Shown here: one piece after another, positions 17,651 through 27,823 of the stretch
Layout of the letters: each line of letters begins with the position of its first letter
How positions within the stretch are numbered: the first letter of the stretch is position 1
IMG/VR virus record: IMGVR_UViG_3300022178_004311
Span: 1 to 46,559 of that record
Source of the DNA: a virus
Taxonomy: Duplodnaviria; Caudoviricetes
DNA length: 46,559 nt
Reading direction: 5' to 3' (one strand)
Notes under the pieces: generated by a model
Told to the model about the DNA's origin: nothing
The model's input: the letters and a program-made list of their open reading frames with translations, nothing else
Databases searched by the model: none
Program-made: the position numbers and the translations under genes

Positions 17651-18661
17651 TTAATCGAATGGAGTCTCTACACGAATTGCACCATGTACCGCATTTCTTG
17701 TAGTTGGTGTAGTGACATCACCTCGACAATGAAAGCCACTTGTATCAGCAACAACCAATGAGTTTGCTTTGGCTACAATAGGTTCTAGTTTGAGGTTCAT
17801 CCTAGCAAGGTCATCAGGTAAAGCTCTGAACGAACCCTCGCTGTGACCTTTATTTCTTTTTGTGTCCCACGTACCATTGGTAACAGCAATTGATTCCTTT
17901 AGATAGAAATCTAACTGCTCTGTACTTAACGCTGTGCTTCCCTTGGCATACATGAATGCTCCTTCATTGACATCCTCGGGGAAGTACCAATACTTGAGGC
18001 ATGGATAGAATACGTCGCTGTGACATACTTTTTGAATGTCTCCATTACTCGGGTTATTCTGCAGCCGTTGAACGTAACTCGTATGTAAGAAATGATCCCA
18101 GGCTGCATCCTCGTAATCTACTCTACGTACAGCTTCAGCACAAACTGGAAATATTTTTTCTTTGAATACGTTGTAAAATAACTTCTGGTCATACTCCTTA
18201 GACATGACCTCTTTTATTTTATTAAACGGTTGAATGTTTTCGCAGATTGGATAGGAAAGAATGAAGTCTTTTATTTTCTTGGATGTACTGTCGTCAAGGA
18301 AGTTTTCAATCACCATCACGCCATCACGGTTGTACTCTTCGATTCCACTACCTCTTAGGTCGTGGGCATGCCTTGCGAATATCATTCTGAATATATGAAG
18401 ACCCTTCTCCATAAGATCAACGCGACCAAACAGAGGATGCACATTCTTTGTCAAAAAGAACTTATGCCCAGTAAACACAATTGGATCTGGGTCTTCTCCA
18501 AATAGAATTTTATAAGCTAGTTGCGTTTGATCTGCAAAATTGTCTTCGTTAAGATAGTACTCTATGTTGTAGATATCGTCGCACTGAGCTCCAGATATCA
18601 TGGATTTCTCGTACAGATAGTTGGCAAGATAAGTTTTCACATCCTCTCCTTTGGGATACAA
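17651..18661 (-). CDS. Fe(II)/2-oxoglutarate dioxygenase (PhyH-like)
   Basis: DGVMVIENFL, HSD facial-triad motif, GAFMYAKGS, NSLVVADTSGFHCRG. Confidence 0.75.
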   Translation of the reverse strand: MYPKGEDVKTYLANYLYEKSMISGAQCDDIYNIEYYLNEDNFADQTQLAYKILFGEDPDPIVFTGHKFFLTKNVHPLFGRVDLMEKGLHIFRMIFARHAHDLRGSGIEEYNRDGVMVIENFLDDSTSKKIKDFILSYPICENIQPFNKIKEVMSKEYDQKLFYNVFKEKIFPVCAEAVRRVDYEDAAWDHFLHTSYVQRLQNNPSNGDIQKVCHSDVFYPCLKYWYFPEDVNEGAFMYAKGSTALSTEQLDFYLKESIAVTNGTWDTKRNKGHSEGSFRALPDDLARMNLKLEPIVAKANSLVVADTSGFHCRGDVTTPTTRNAVHGAIRVETPFD

Positions 18662-19362
18662 ATCAATAGACCATCGTTTACAGGTATATCTTTCCTTTCA
18701 ATGGTTTGAAAAATTGTATGTCGAGCCCGATGATCAGTATTATACAAATATGCATAATCTTCAAACCCTTTAATATTCTCTCTGTCTGGTCGTTTATAGT
18801 CAACAGCATTCTCTTTGTCTGTCTCCATAATAATTATAGGTCTTTTGTTGTTTATAAACTCCAGACCTCCTTCAATAACCTCAGACTGATATCCTTCAAT
18901 ATCACTCAGTATCAAATCTACAGGATCTGTATAATCGTTGAGTAGTACTGTGTTGTTCTCCCCATTTCCAAAACCGTAGCTGTTTATTGTTATTGCGTCT
19001 GTTGGATTGCTAGCTAAATTTAAGTGAGCTGCTTCTAGTGCAATGGGATCGATGTCGTATCCTACTACGTTTGCATCAAATACCTTCTGCATCATCAATG
19101 TGGTGTACAAATTTTGACAACCAATGTCAATGGCATGGTCTATTTTAAAGTTTTTACTAATGCCATTGAGCGCTTTGAGAAAGCCAGGCTCGATAATTTG
19201 GAACTTATCAAAACCGTTTCCTCTTTTTACAAAATGTCCAAATGTGTGATTGAATTTATTGCTGAGGTCAAATTCTATAGTATGTTCTAAAAACGTAACG
19301 TACATTTTACCATCAGCTTTTTGCGAGCGCATAGTAACCTTTTCGTTGAATGCGTCTATCAT
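18637..19362 (-). CDS. FkbM-like SAM-dependent methyltransferase
   Basis: AIDIG, VVGYD, DLILSDIEGYQ..VI.GG...I....P.IIME. Confidence 0.75.
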   Translation of the reverse strand: MIDAFNEKVTMRSQKADGKMYVTFLEHTIEFDLSNKFNHTFGHFVKRGNGFDKFQIIEPGFLKALNGISKNFKIDHAIDIGCQNLYTTLMMQKVFDANVVGYDIDPIALEAAHLNLASNPTDAITINSYGFGNGENNTVLLNDYTDPVDLILSDIEGYQSEVIEGGLEFINNKRPIIIMETDKENAVDYKRPDRENIKGFEDYAYLYNTDHRARHTIFQTIERKDIPVNDGLLICIPKERM

Positions 19363-20393
19363 ATCATTTTGCTCCAGTATTCGTTATCATCCCTAGGCAC
19401 ATTTATTGACGTAGCAGAGGGGTATGGATTTGTTATGCTTGTATCATTTATTAACACTCTTGGTGCATGAGGTATGTCGTAGAGTACTCTAATATCCTTA
19501 AAACCGCAGTCCTCTAAGCCCTTCTCCGTTGTGTCTTTGAACTTACTCGGGCGCGAGGTCGTGAATATGATTGTAGCTCCTTTTTCTTGCTTTTGCAGAA
19601 GATACTTAACAGCACCTGGAATCGGCCGAGGAGGATTCGAGTAATCGTTGCTAAAGAGCTTAGATTGATTGTAGAAGACTGTCCCGTCGATATCACAGAA
19701 AATAGTTTGTCTCTGCTTGTTGTACTCAACAAATTCTTTGTATGTTCCTAGATCAACATAGTCCTGTACATCTTTAGCAACGAAGACGTTGGTCTGGAGC
19801 AACTCTTTTATAATGTGCGAAACGAATATCTCACCTTCGTGTATCTCGCTAAGACGTTCGAACGATCTACAGAAAGTGTCGGCTGACTTGAAACCATATC
19901 CACCTACGCAAATCTGATTACTGACAACAGACTTCTCTACTATATTAGTCAGCAGGCCTTGCTCATTCGTCACTGCAAAACTTTTTGCCGCAACATTTAT
20001 AACATCCAGATTGTCTTTTAAGTTGACAGTGCATACATAATTCTCTTCGCTCAGTGAAGATGTAAAGAAACTGTCACAGTCTTGTATAAAGATAGGCGTG
20101 TCAGATAACTTCATAGCGACGTGGTATGATGTTTCTGCAGGACCAGACGTTGGTTGATCGAGAATATGAATATGTACATTATCACGGTGGCCGTATACTT
20201 TATTGATAGCAATTTCAGCATCATACTTCTCAGCATGCTCTCGTAATATTACGAAGTGTACGTCGGTACAGTCTACATATAGGTTTGCTGCTCTCTCAAA
20301 CAAACACTCGCCATTGGATACAGTCAAAAGATATTTAGGTCTTGTACCCGGGTATCTTGAACTTTGTCCTGCACATGGTATTATAACGGCCAT
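19359..20393 (-). CDS. sugar-phosphate nucleotidyltransferase fused to a HAD phosphatase
   Basis: IIPCAGQSSRYPG..PKYLL, TSGPAET, DCD, IVEK, DLGT; C-terminal IFCDIDGT and FTTSR. Confidence 0.85.
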   Translation of the reverse strand: MAVIIPCAGQSSRYPGTRPKYLLTVSNGECLFERAANLYVDCTDVHFVILREHAEKYDAEIAINKVYGHRDNVHIHILDQPTSGPAETSYHVAMKLSDTPIFIQDCDSFFTSSLSEENYVCTVNLKDNLDVINVAAKSFAVTNEQGLLTNIVEKSVVSNQICVGGYGFKSADTFCRSFERLSEIHEGEIFVSHIIKELLQTNVFVAKDVQDYVDLGTYKEFVEYNKQRQTIFCDIDGTVFYNQSKLFSNDYSNPPRPIPGAVKYLLQKQEKGATIIFTTSRPSKFKDTTEKGLEDCGFKDIRVLYDIPHAPRVLINDTSITNPYPSATSINVPRDDNEYWSKMI

Positions 20394-21112
20394 ATTCTGT
20401 CTATCTCTTTAGTGAGGAATTTAATTGTGAAATCATCTTTGCAATAAGGTAGTATACGGCACAACATGAAGCAGTATAAGTTATCGTCATTCATAAAGGC
20501 GTACGTCGACTTGAGATGTTCGCTTATCCTCTTGCAGGATATTTTGAAGTTTATTTTATCTGGTCTAGATCTCAGAAACCAAAATCCGTCTATGTCTTGT
20601 CTCAGCTTAGCACCATCAAAGTATATGCTGCTCAGGTTAGTTGGATTGGCGTCAATAAGATAGAACTCCCCATCCTTGTGCAGCATATTATCAAACGTGA
20701 AGTCGCCGTGGATCATACTCTTTGGCATGTCATATTTTAATTTATTAGTCAGGCTCGCAAGGTTGATCGTATCAGCTATCTGAAATGCTTTGTCGTCAAG
20801 CTCTTCACCAAAGTTGTAGGTCGTCGAGTTTTCAAAGCACCAGCTGTAATACTTTTCAATAAACCCGATCAGTAGATCAATACCCTCGTTTCCATTTTGT
20901 TCTAGGAACGAGGCGATGTCCTCACCATTGACATACTCCATTACTATACTCTCGTCAGTCACCTCATATATTTCCGGTGTCTTAAATGGTAGAGATAATA
21001 GTATGTCTGCACTCTGTCGAGCTTTCTTATATCCGTTCTTTACGACTGTGTTATTATCATACAACGATACGGATGCACCACTATGACCATTAAGCTCTTT
21101 GATTAATTGCAT
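20381..21112 (-). CDS. APH/choline-kinase-like phosphotransferase
   Basis: GHSGA loop, MEYVNG, HGDFTFDN (Brenner motif), YLID. Confidence 0.8.
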   Translation of the reverse strand: MQLIKELNGHSGASVSLYDNNTVVKNGYKKARQSADILLSLPFKTPEIYEVTDESIVMEYVNGEDIASFLEQNGNEGIDLLIGFIEKYYSWCFENSTTYNFGEELDDKAFQIADTINLASLTNKLKYDMPKSMIHGDFTFDNMLHKDGEFYLIDANPTNLSSIYFDGAKLRQDIDGFWFLRSRPDKINFKISCKRISEHLKSTYAFMNDDNLYCFMLCRILPYCKDDFTIKFLTKEIDRIWPL

Positions 21113-22160
21113 TCTGCAGTGTCTTTCTCAATTGTTGAATGTCTACTTCCATATGAGCGTTCTTGGGCTTGGGTCTTTCAGCAGGTATCTCTTTTGTTTC
21201 TGCTTCTATAGTATGCCAGTTTAAACCGCAAACATCAGCTATGTTATTCCATCCACATTCCTCTGCAACTTCAAAAGAATGATTGAAATCAACGACGATT
21301 CCACCTGGCTTCATAGCATGTGTATGTGTGAGGCCTGCCCCAGTTGGCGACACTATAATATCAGCAGCTGCAAAGAGTTTAAGTTTCTCCTTGAGAGGCA
21401 TACTAGACATACTATTAGTCTTATGTGTGTTGAAAGGTACGAAACCAAACTCGTCTACCAACATATCAATCAGTGCGGGTTCATTTTTTACATTTCTGGC
21501 TATAGCATCATTACGCGAGATGTAAACTCTCTTAAACTCCCCTTCTTCTTCAGTAACAAGGTTGTCCTTTAGAAACTTTGTAGCCCATGTAGCTACTCTA
21601 CCTCTATCTGATATAGCTGGGTATGTAACAGCATGAACTTTCTTAGCGTTAATAATAGCAGGAGTGTCTACCACGCACAATCTTTCTTTTATGTCCGGGA
21701 AGAAGTCGAGTGAGTCTAATTGGTATTGCAAGGGACTGTTAATGACAATAGGTATATCTGGCTTTTGTCTGAACGCTTTTATCAAAGGTAGATCTTCAAA
21801 GAACCAGTGCCAGTATTGCCCTATATTGAACCAGGTGAATACTTCATCCATAGTATAATTATAGAAGAAGTCGCTTTCTAAGTCAACAGAGAAATCCCCT
21901 CGGGCGTTAGACCAGAAAGGACTTTTCGTTCGAAAGTTACTAGCGTCTTTAGTGAAGCGGCTATGATAAAATAGATCATCTTTAATCACACCAGCTAGAC
22001 CATGCTCCCAACTTCCACTGGTCAATGTGCAATTTTTAAAGGTTACTATCTCACAGGAAGGAGCAGTATATACGAATTCCATACCACTGACATTGTATTT
22101 TCTTTTCTCACCAGGCTCTACGACAGTGCCCTCAGGTGTTATTGCTTCCGTCACTTCCAT
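21090..22160 (-). CDS. glycosyltransferase family 61-like protein
   Basis: YWHWFFEDLP, RVYISR, RNVKNE, FAAADIIVSPTGAGLT, M.PG..V. Confidence 0.85.
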   Translation of the reverse strand: MEVTEAITPEGTVVEPGEKRKYNVSGMEFVYTAPSCEIVTFKNCTLTSGSWEHGLAGVIKDDLFYHSRFTKDASNFRTKSPFWSNARGDFSVDLESDFFYNYTMDEVFTWFNIGQYWHWFFEDLPLIKAFRQKPDIPIVINSPLQYQLDSLDFFPDIKERLCVVDTPAIINAKKVHAVTYPAISDRGRVATWATKFLKDNLVTEEEGEFKRVYISRNDAIARNVKNEPALIDMLVDEFGFVPFNTHKTNSMSSMPLKEKLKLFAAADIIVSPTGAGLTHTHAMKPGGIVVDFNHSFEVAEECGWNNIADVCGLNWHTIEAETKEIPAERPKPKNAHMEVDIQQLRKTLQNAINQRA

Positions 22161-22193
22161 AATCTGCTCTCAATGTCTCAATGTCCTTGATAT

Positions 22194-22201
22194 TATAAAT
22201 A
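22194..22201 (+). promoter_or_regulatory. T4-type late promoter TATAAATA driving the antisense HNH gene
   Basis: Exact match about 60 bp upstream of the HNH ATG. Confidence 0.75.
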
Positions 22202-22259
22202 GTTGTGTATCGCGGGATTGCCGTCCCCATACACTCTAATACTTAATAGGAGTATCAGT

Positions 22260-22811
22260 ATGAATATTTATACGCATAAACACCACATCCTTCCTCGCCA
22301 TGCTGGTGGTACAGACGACCCATCCAATATTGTAGAACTCACTGTAGAAGAGCACGCAGAAGCCCATCGTAAGCTATATGAAGAGCATGGTCGCTGGCAA
22401 GATAAACTTGCTTGGAAAGGCCTGGCTGGCCAAATTGGTAAAGAAGAAATCATCAGAAATATTCAACGCGAGAACGGCAAGAGAGTCGGAGCGTTACCTT
22501 ATTCTCCTAGAAAGATTCCCCTCGTTCACACAGAAGAAGCTCGTAAAAGAATATCTGAAGCCCGGACTGGCAGCGTACAGTCGGAAGAAACCAAAAAGAA
22601 AAGAGCAGATAAGCTCAGGGGTAGAAAAAACACTCCTGAGACTATAACCAAAATGTCTATATCTGCTTCGCAAAGAGTATATAGTGATGAGGCCAAGAAA
22701 TCCTTTTCCAATGCTGCTAAGAATCGAGAAAAAGTAGTTTGCCCTCAGTGTGGCAAGCGTGGAGACATTTCGGCGATGAAGAGACATCATTTTTCTAATT
22801 GTCGCTGGTAA
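22260..22811 (+). mobile_element. free-standing HNH homing endonuclease with NUMOD3 repeats and C-terminal Zn knuckle
   Basis: HKHHILPRHAGGTDDPSNIVELTVEEHAEAH; HTEEARKRISEA, QSEETKKK, NTPETITKMS; CPQCGK...HFSNC; AGGAG RBS; antisense to neighbours. Confidence 0.85.
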
Positions 22812-23233
22812 TTATCTTTCATATTTTTCAAGTGCTTAGAGTTAATTCGAACCCCTATAAACTCATTGTAATATTCGTCTTTGAGTAGTACATCATATTG
22901 AAATTGTAGTTTAGCTTCTTGATATGAACACTCGCCTTTCGACTTGCACAATATAACAATTTCTCTTTTAAATCTTTCTCTGCCTGACGACTCGACTAAC
23001 TGCTTGACAGATTCGCTCGATCCGTAGTATTCGCGCCAATCGGATTCCACTATCCTATTCCGCTTATTTTTTCTTCCCTTGAGTGGTGGCAGCCTCTTCT
23101 TACTCCAGAAGAATTTTTTACCAATATACTTCTTGTTGCACTCTAGGTCTGTAATTTCATATACAAAACCGTAGTAGTCGTTTATGTCATCGGCTGTGTA
23201 CAACTCACCTTGATAATACCAATCAGTCGTCAA
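22787..23233 (-). CDS. GIY-YIG endonuclease-like protein
   Basis: GFVYEITD...KKYIGKK, YYGSS, FKREI, SY.E, YYN. Confidence 0.8.
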   Translation of the reverse strand: MTTDWYYQGELYTADDINDYYGFVYEITDLECNKKYIGKKFFWSKKRLPPLKGRKNKRNRIVESDWREYYGSSESVKQLVESSGRERFKREIVILCKSKGECSYQEAKLQFQYDVLLKDEYYNEFIGVRINSKHLKNMKDNYQRQLEK

Positions 23234-23393
23234 AATTTATTCCGTGCATATCTAGCTCTTCACATTCATCAGAGCGAAATGCGCAGAACACGCAGTATGC
23301 AGGCTCGTCTATTATCTCATCTTCATCAAATTCTATTACGTATTCAGCGCCGCAGTCATCGCATATAATATCGTGTTTTACTTTACTTGGCAT
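23223..23393 (-). CDS. small zinc-ribbon protein
   Basis: CDDC...CVFC. Confidence 0.65.
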   Translation of the reverse strand: MPSKVKHDIICDDCGAEYVIEFDEDEIIDEPAYCVFCAFRSDECEELDMHGINFDD

Positions 23394-23821
23394 AAATCTA
23401 CTCCAGCCTTTTTTAAAAATTCGTGACCGCATCCTTTAGCGGCTTCGTACTCTTTTATATAGTATACTTTTTTAATGCCAGCTTGATAAATAAGTTTTGC
23501 ACATTCGATGCATGGTGCATGAGTGACAAATAAGTCTGCACCTCTTGAGCTATCAGTTGATTGTGCAAGTTTCATCAGCGCATTTGCCTCTGCGTGTAAT
23601 ACTTCTGGCTTGGTTTTCAGTTGCTCATAATCAACCCACTCGTTCGGTGGAACAACTTCTTCACATGCGTTATCCCAACCTGCAGGAGTGCCGTTGTAGC
23701 CTACAGATAAGATGCGATTATCTTTTACGATAACACAACCCACCTGCAACCTATTTGCGTACGATAGCTTAGCTGTCTCTCTTGCTATAGTGGCGAAGTA
23801 TTCAACAAACTTTTCTTTCAC
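23378..23821 (-). CDS. cd: dCMP deaminase
   Basis: VGCVIVKD, GYNGTP, HAEANA, PCIECAK. Confidence 0.95.
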   Translation of the reverse strand: MKEKFVEYFATIARETAKLSYANRLQVGCVIVKDNRILSVGYNGTPAGWDNACEEVVPPNEWVDYEQLKTKPEVLHAEANALMKLAQSTDSSRGADLFVTHAPCIECAKLIYQAGIKKVYYIKEYEAAKGCGHEFLKKAGVDLCQVK

Positions 23822-24804
23822 GCCTTACCCCACACATCTCCCCAATCTCCTTTGAGGGCTCCACGAGCATAATCAGTTGCTCGGTTCTCAAAAAAGTTGG
23901 TGTGTGTTGGTGCATTTATCATAGATTCAACCCACGGTAATGGATTCTTTCTTGCTTTGAAGATACCTTTAAGACCTAAGCTAATCAGTCTTCGATCACA
24001 TATATATCTAATGTATTTCTTAACATCCTCAGCAGATAGGTCGTCCATATCCCCCATAGTGAATGCTAAGTCAATAAACTTGTCTTCGAGCTCTACCATT
24101 CTTTCAGCAATGGCATATATCTTTCCCTTTAGATCATCGTTCCAGATATCAATGTTCTCTTCAATGTATTCTCGGAACAATTTAATCATGTTCTCGGCGT
24201 GCAAGGTTTCATCAACAATAGACCAAGTAATAATTTGCCCCATGCCTTTCATCTTACCATGACGTGGAAAGTTCAACAACATGATGAATGAGGAGAACAG
24301 CTGCATGCCTTCAGTGAATGCTGAGAAAGCTGCAATGTTAGTTGCTATGGTTGTTTTATCTTGCGTATCATTAGACAAATCTAAAAAGTATTCATGCTTA
24401 TTAGCCATCGCCTCATATTCGAGGAACTCGTTATAAGTTGACTCAGGCATACCAAGTGTTTCGATTAGATGAGAGTATGCTGCAACGTGTAGTCCTTCTC
24501 TTGCTGCAAATCCCATTAGCATCATACGGACTTCAGGTTGCGGAAAGTGTGGTAAGTAATTATTTACATACCCACCCGCAACATCAATGTCGCCCTGAGT
24601 AAAGAATCTAAAGATATTAGTAAGAAACCCCTTCTCAGCTTCGTTGAGTTTACCTTTCCAATCGTTTACATCTTCGTTCATCGGTACTTCTGTATGAAGC
24701 CAGTGGGACTGCTCATGTTTTAGCCAAGCATCATACGCCCAAGCATAGTTGAAAGGCTTGAACGTAGCTCGTTCGTCTTGGAGTTTTAATTTTTCTTTTG
24801 CCAT
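23818..24804 (-). CDS. nrdB: ribonucleotide reductase class Ia beta subunit
   Basis: FFTQGD, REGLH..AY, EGMQLFSSF, DETLH, NFFE. Confidence 0.95.
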   Translation of the reverse strand: MAKEKLKLQDERATFKPFNYAWAYDAWLKHEQSHWLHTEVPMNEDVNDWKGKLNEAEKGFLTNIFRFFTQGDIDVAGGYVNNYLPHFPQPEVRMMLMGFAAREGLHVAAYSHLIETLGMPESTYNEFLEYEAMANKHEYFLDLSNDTQDKTTIATNIAAFSAFTEGMQLFSSFIMLLNFPRHGKMKGMGQIITWSIVDETLHAENMIKLFREYIEENIDIWNDDLKGKIYAIAERMVELEDKFIDLAFTMGDMDDLSAEDVKKYIRYICDRRLISLGLKGIFKARKNPLPWVESMINAPTHTNFFENRATDYARGALKGDWGDVWGKA

Positions 24805-24832
24805 TAAATCTTTACCTTGTTTTTGTTCTTAG

Positions 24833-26635
24833 TTAGCCTTCACATGCCAAACAAGTGTCATCGTTCACAAGAGCAGTCATATCAATTTCTTTGATAATCT
24901 GCCTTTCTATTTTGTTAGATACTTTATCTGCTTTGCCTAGCTTCTCTGAGCGGCAATAGTAAAGTGTTTTCAATCCCTGCTTCCATGCCATGTAGTGAAT
25001 AGCATGTAGGTACATAATATTAGTGTCGGGTCGGAAGAACAGATTAAGTGATTGTGCTTGGTCAATAAACTCTTGTCGAGTTGCAGCGTGTTCAATAACC
25101 CATCTCTGATCTATTTCCATTGATGTTTTGAACACGTCTTTCTCCCACTGATCAAGGAAGTTTAAGTGTTGTACAGATCCGTCATTTGATATTACTGAAG
25201 ACCAGATTTCGTCTTCTGCTTGTTTAGTTGCCCCAGCTTCAATCTTACCTTTAATAAGCTCCACCAGATACTTATTTTTATTAAGAAAAGCTCCAGATAA
25301 TGTGTCTTGGCGGTAAGCATTAGCCCTAAAAGGTTCAATACTAGGCGAAGTGTTCCCCATAATAATACTACTAGACGCATTGGGAGCAATCGCCATGACG
25401 TGGCTAAATCGCTTGCCTCTTCCTTTAGCGTCTGGAGCTTCTCCTCTCTCGTCTGCGAGCTCTGTATTTGCGACATCAAGTTTTCCTCGTATGTGTTTAA
25501 ACATTCTCAGATTAGCACCCTTGGCTATTGCACTTTCCCAAGGAATATTCTTGCTTTGTAGATAAGCGTGAAAGCCCAATGCACCTACACCAATACTTCG
25601 TTCGCGGCTTGCTGAGAACTTAGCTCGTGCTACCTGATCAGGTGCATTATCAATAAAGTACTGTAACACATTGTCGAGCATCTCAGCCATGTCTTTGAGG
25701 AACAGAGGGTTTCTGCTCCAAGCATCATAGTACTCTAGATTTACAGAAGACAGACAGCAAACGGCTGTTCTATCTTTATTGGTTGGTAAAATTATTTCTG
25801 AACACAGGTTTGATTGATGTACTTTGAGTCCTAATTCTTTCTGCCACTCAGGCAAGTGTCGGTTACTAGTATCAATAAAGTGAACGTAAGGTTCGCCTGT
25901 TTCCATCCGCAATTCAAGAATCTTTTGCCAAAGCGATTTAGCTGATACTGTCTCTCTTATTGCACCTGAGTGAGGGTCAATAAGATTCCACCCATCATCT
26001 GCGTTAGGATCGGTCATACATCGCTCAATGAGTTCCATGAATCGATCAGGGATGTTAATACCATGATGTAGATTCAGACAGCGAACATTTGGATCACCAG
26101 TAGGCTTTCTCATCTCCAGATACATTAAAACGTCTGGGTGAGAAATATCAAGATAAGTAGCGTAAGAGCCCCGTCTAGTGCGACCTTGGCGATATGCGAG
26201 GCACGATGCATCGTAAGTCTTGAGATGAGGCATAACACCAACAGACTTATCATCAGAGGAACGGATACCAAAACCAATGCCAACGCCACCCCCAAGCATA
26301 GAAAGCCAATTTGTTTCAGAAAGATTTTCAACGAGACCCTCTGCTGTGTCATTTATGTAATTTAAAAAACATGAGATAGGCATTCCTTTAGAAGATCGCC
26401 CGAACGAAAGAATAGGAGTAGAATACGATAACCAATGTTTACTGCTGTACTCATATAATCGCTGCGCATGCTCGGGATTACTTGCAAACTGACTACTAAC
26501 AAACGCAAATCTTTGTTGAGGACTCGTCTCCTCATCTTTCATATAACTTTCCCTCAGCCGTGCAAGACCTAGCTCATCAAAAAGATCGTCGCGGGAATAA
26601 TCAATTTGCAATCCGAGATATTCAGTTTTTGCCAT
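24833..26635 (-). CDS. nrdA: ribonucleotide reductase class Ia alpha subunit
   Basis: ISCF, SNLCSEI, AIAPNASSS, QAQSLN, LKTLYY, C-terminal CLACEG; no intein or intron apparent. Confidence 0.97.
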   Translation of the reverse strand: MAKTEYLGLQIDYSRDDLFDELGLARLRESYMKDEETSPQQRFAFVSSQFASNPEHAQRLYEYSSKHWLSYSTPILSFGRSSKGMPISCFLNYINDTAEGLVENLSETNWLSMLGGGVGIGFGIRSSDDKSVGVMPHLKTYDASCLAYRQGRTRRGSYATYLDISHPDVLMYLEMRKPTGDPNVRCLNLHHGINIPDRFMELIERCMTDPNADDGWNLIDPHSGAIRETVSAKSLWQKILELRMETGEPYVHFIDTSNRHLPEWQKELGLKVHQSNLCSEIILPTNKDRTAVCCLSSVNLEYYDAWSRNPLFLKDMAEMLDNVLQYFIDNAPDQVARAKFSASRERSIGVGALGFHAYLQSKNIPWESAIAKGANLRMFKHIRGKLDVANTELADERGEAPDAKGRGKRFSHVMAIAPNASSSIIMGNTSPSIEPFRANAYRQDTLSGAFLNKNKYLVELIKGKIEAGATKQAEDEIWSSVISNDGSVQHLNFLDQWEKDVFKTSMEIDQRWVIEHAATRQEFIDQAQSLNLFFRPDTNIMYLHAIHYMAWKQGLKTLYYCRSEKLGKADKVSNKIERQIIKEIDMTALVNDDTCLACEG

Positions 26636-26776
26636 TTTGTTCTCTTTCTTCTATAAGCTGATGGTTCAATTCTGCAATGCGCTTGTAGGCATCGTACAAT
26701 TGCTTGTTTAGTTCTCGAATAGTATTTTCGTAGAATTGTTTGTTATCCATTCTATATTCGACGTTATCGTGTTTTT

Positions 26777-27790
26777 TCATATGCTTCTCCACATAGCAAG
26801 CTGGAGTTTCAGTTCAAGACTTTCAAATGTATTTTGATTTATAATATCTTTAACTGCGATGCCAGCTAGAATCATCTCGTTAATATCTTTTTCTTCAATA
26901 TTTTTAGGCCATATGACCATTCTATATCCTGCCTCTGATGCCTTGACCATTAGCTTTACTAGCTCGACATTTCTCGGTTGATTGTCGAATACTAGCACCA
27001 TTTTGTCTTTGGGAACAGATGATGCCACGGCTTTGAGATCACTGCTTCCTGCCGCTACAGCATTGTCAAGGAAGAGACTGTCTAAAGGACCTTCTGTGAC
27101 ATAAACATCTTTGCTAACGTCTACTTTATCTATGTTGTAAACGAGAGGCTCATTATCATTTATGCGAACTGTAACATAGCGCAAACTCTCATCACCCAGA
27201 GCTCGACATGATACGCCCACAAACTTTTTATCTCGATTATAGAAGGGTATTACTAATCTATCTTCCGTACCTATTATACGACCTTTGTACTTCTCACTGA
27301 GCTGCTCTAGCTTCTGCATGTCGTCTATATAGTAGAGATCCTTCCACTTATGTTCTGGGATCTCTCTCGCTCTTACATATTCTTCAGCCCTTGTATTATC
27401 TATTGGATCGAGCAGGGAGTCAAGCAAGGACTTCTCTTTTCTCGATTCGAAGTCGGGCTTTACGAATTCCATTACACTAGCGACATTAGCATGGCTCTTA
27501 CCATGCGTACCTTCCTTATATCTCTCCATAGCATACTGATTGAATAGAAAGGAGTCGAGCTGTTTTATGAGGCCACCGAGCGAGCTGCTTTCACCACAGT
27601 TATGACACTTATAGAATACCCCTCCTTTCTTAGTAAAGAAGTATCCACGAGCTTTCCATTTATTTTGCTTAGAGTCACCACAAAGAGGACATCTACTATT
27701 GGCAGTAAATGGATTGTGGTTCTTGATTTTGAATAGCTCCAGACGAGGAGCTAGGAGATTGGTGTACTTGATATCAATGTAGAGAGACAT
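26777..27790 (-). CDS. T4 gp61-like DNA primase
   Basis: RCPLCGDS...KCHNCG zinc finger, RLVIPF, TEGPLDSLF, FDNQPRN, KDINEM. Confidence 0.95.
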   Translation of the reverse strand: MSLYIDIKYTNLLAPRLELFKIKNHNPFTANSRCPLCGDSKQNKWKARGYFFTKKGGVFYKCHNCGESSSLGGLIKQLDSFLFNQYAMERYKEGTHGKSHANVASVMEFVKPDFESRKEKSLLDSLLDPIDNTRAEEYVRAREIPEHKWKDLYYIDDMQKLEQLSEKYKGRIIGTEDRLVIPFYNRDKKFVGVSCRALGDESLRYVTVRINDNEPLVYNIDKVDVSKDVYVTEGPLDSLFLDNAVAAGSSDLKAVASSVPKDKMVLVFDNQPRNVELVKLMVKASEAGYRMVIWPKNIEEKDINEMILAGIAVKDIINQNTFESLELKLQLAMWRSI

Positions 27791-27823
27791 AGTATAGATT
27801 TACTCATTTAGATTCACTATACT

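Noticed and set aside
23818-26635. Introns or inteins in nrdA/nrdB
   Set aside because: Both frames are continuous and of compact length with all motifs in order
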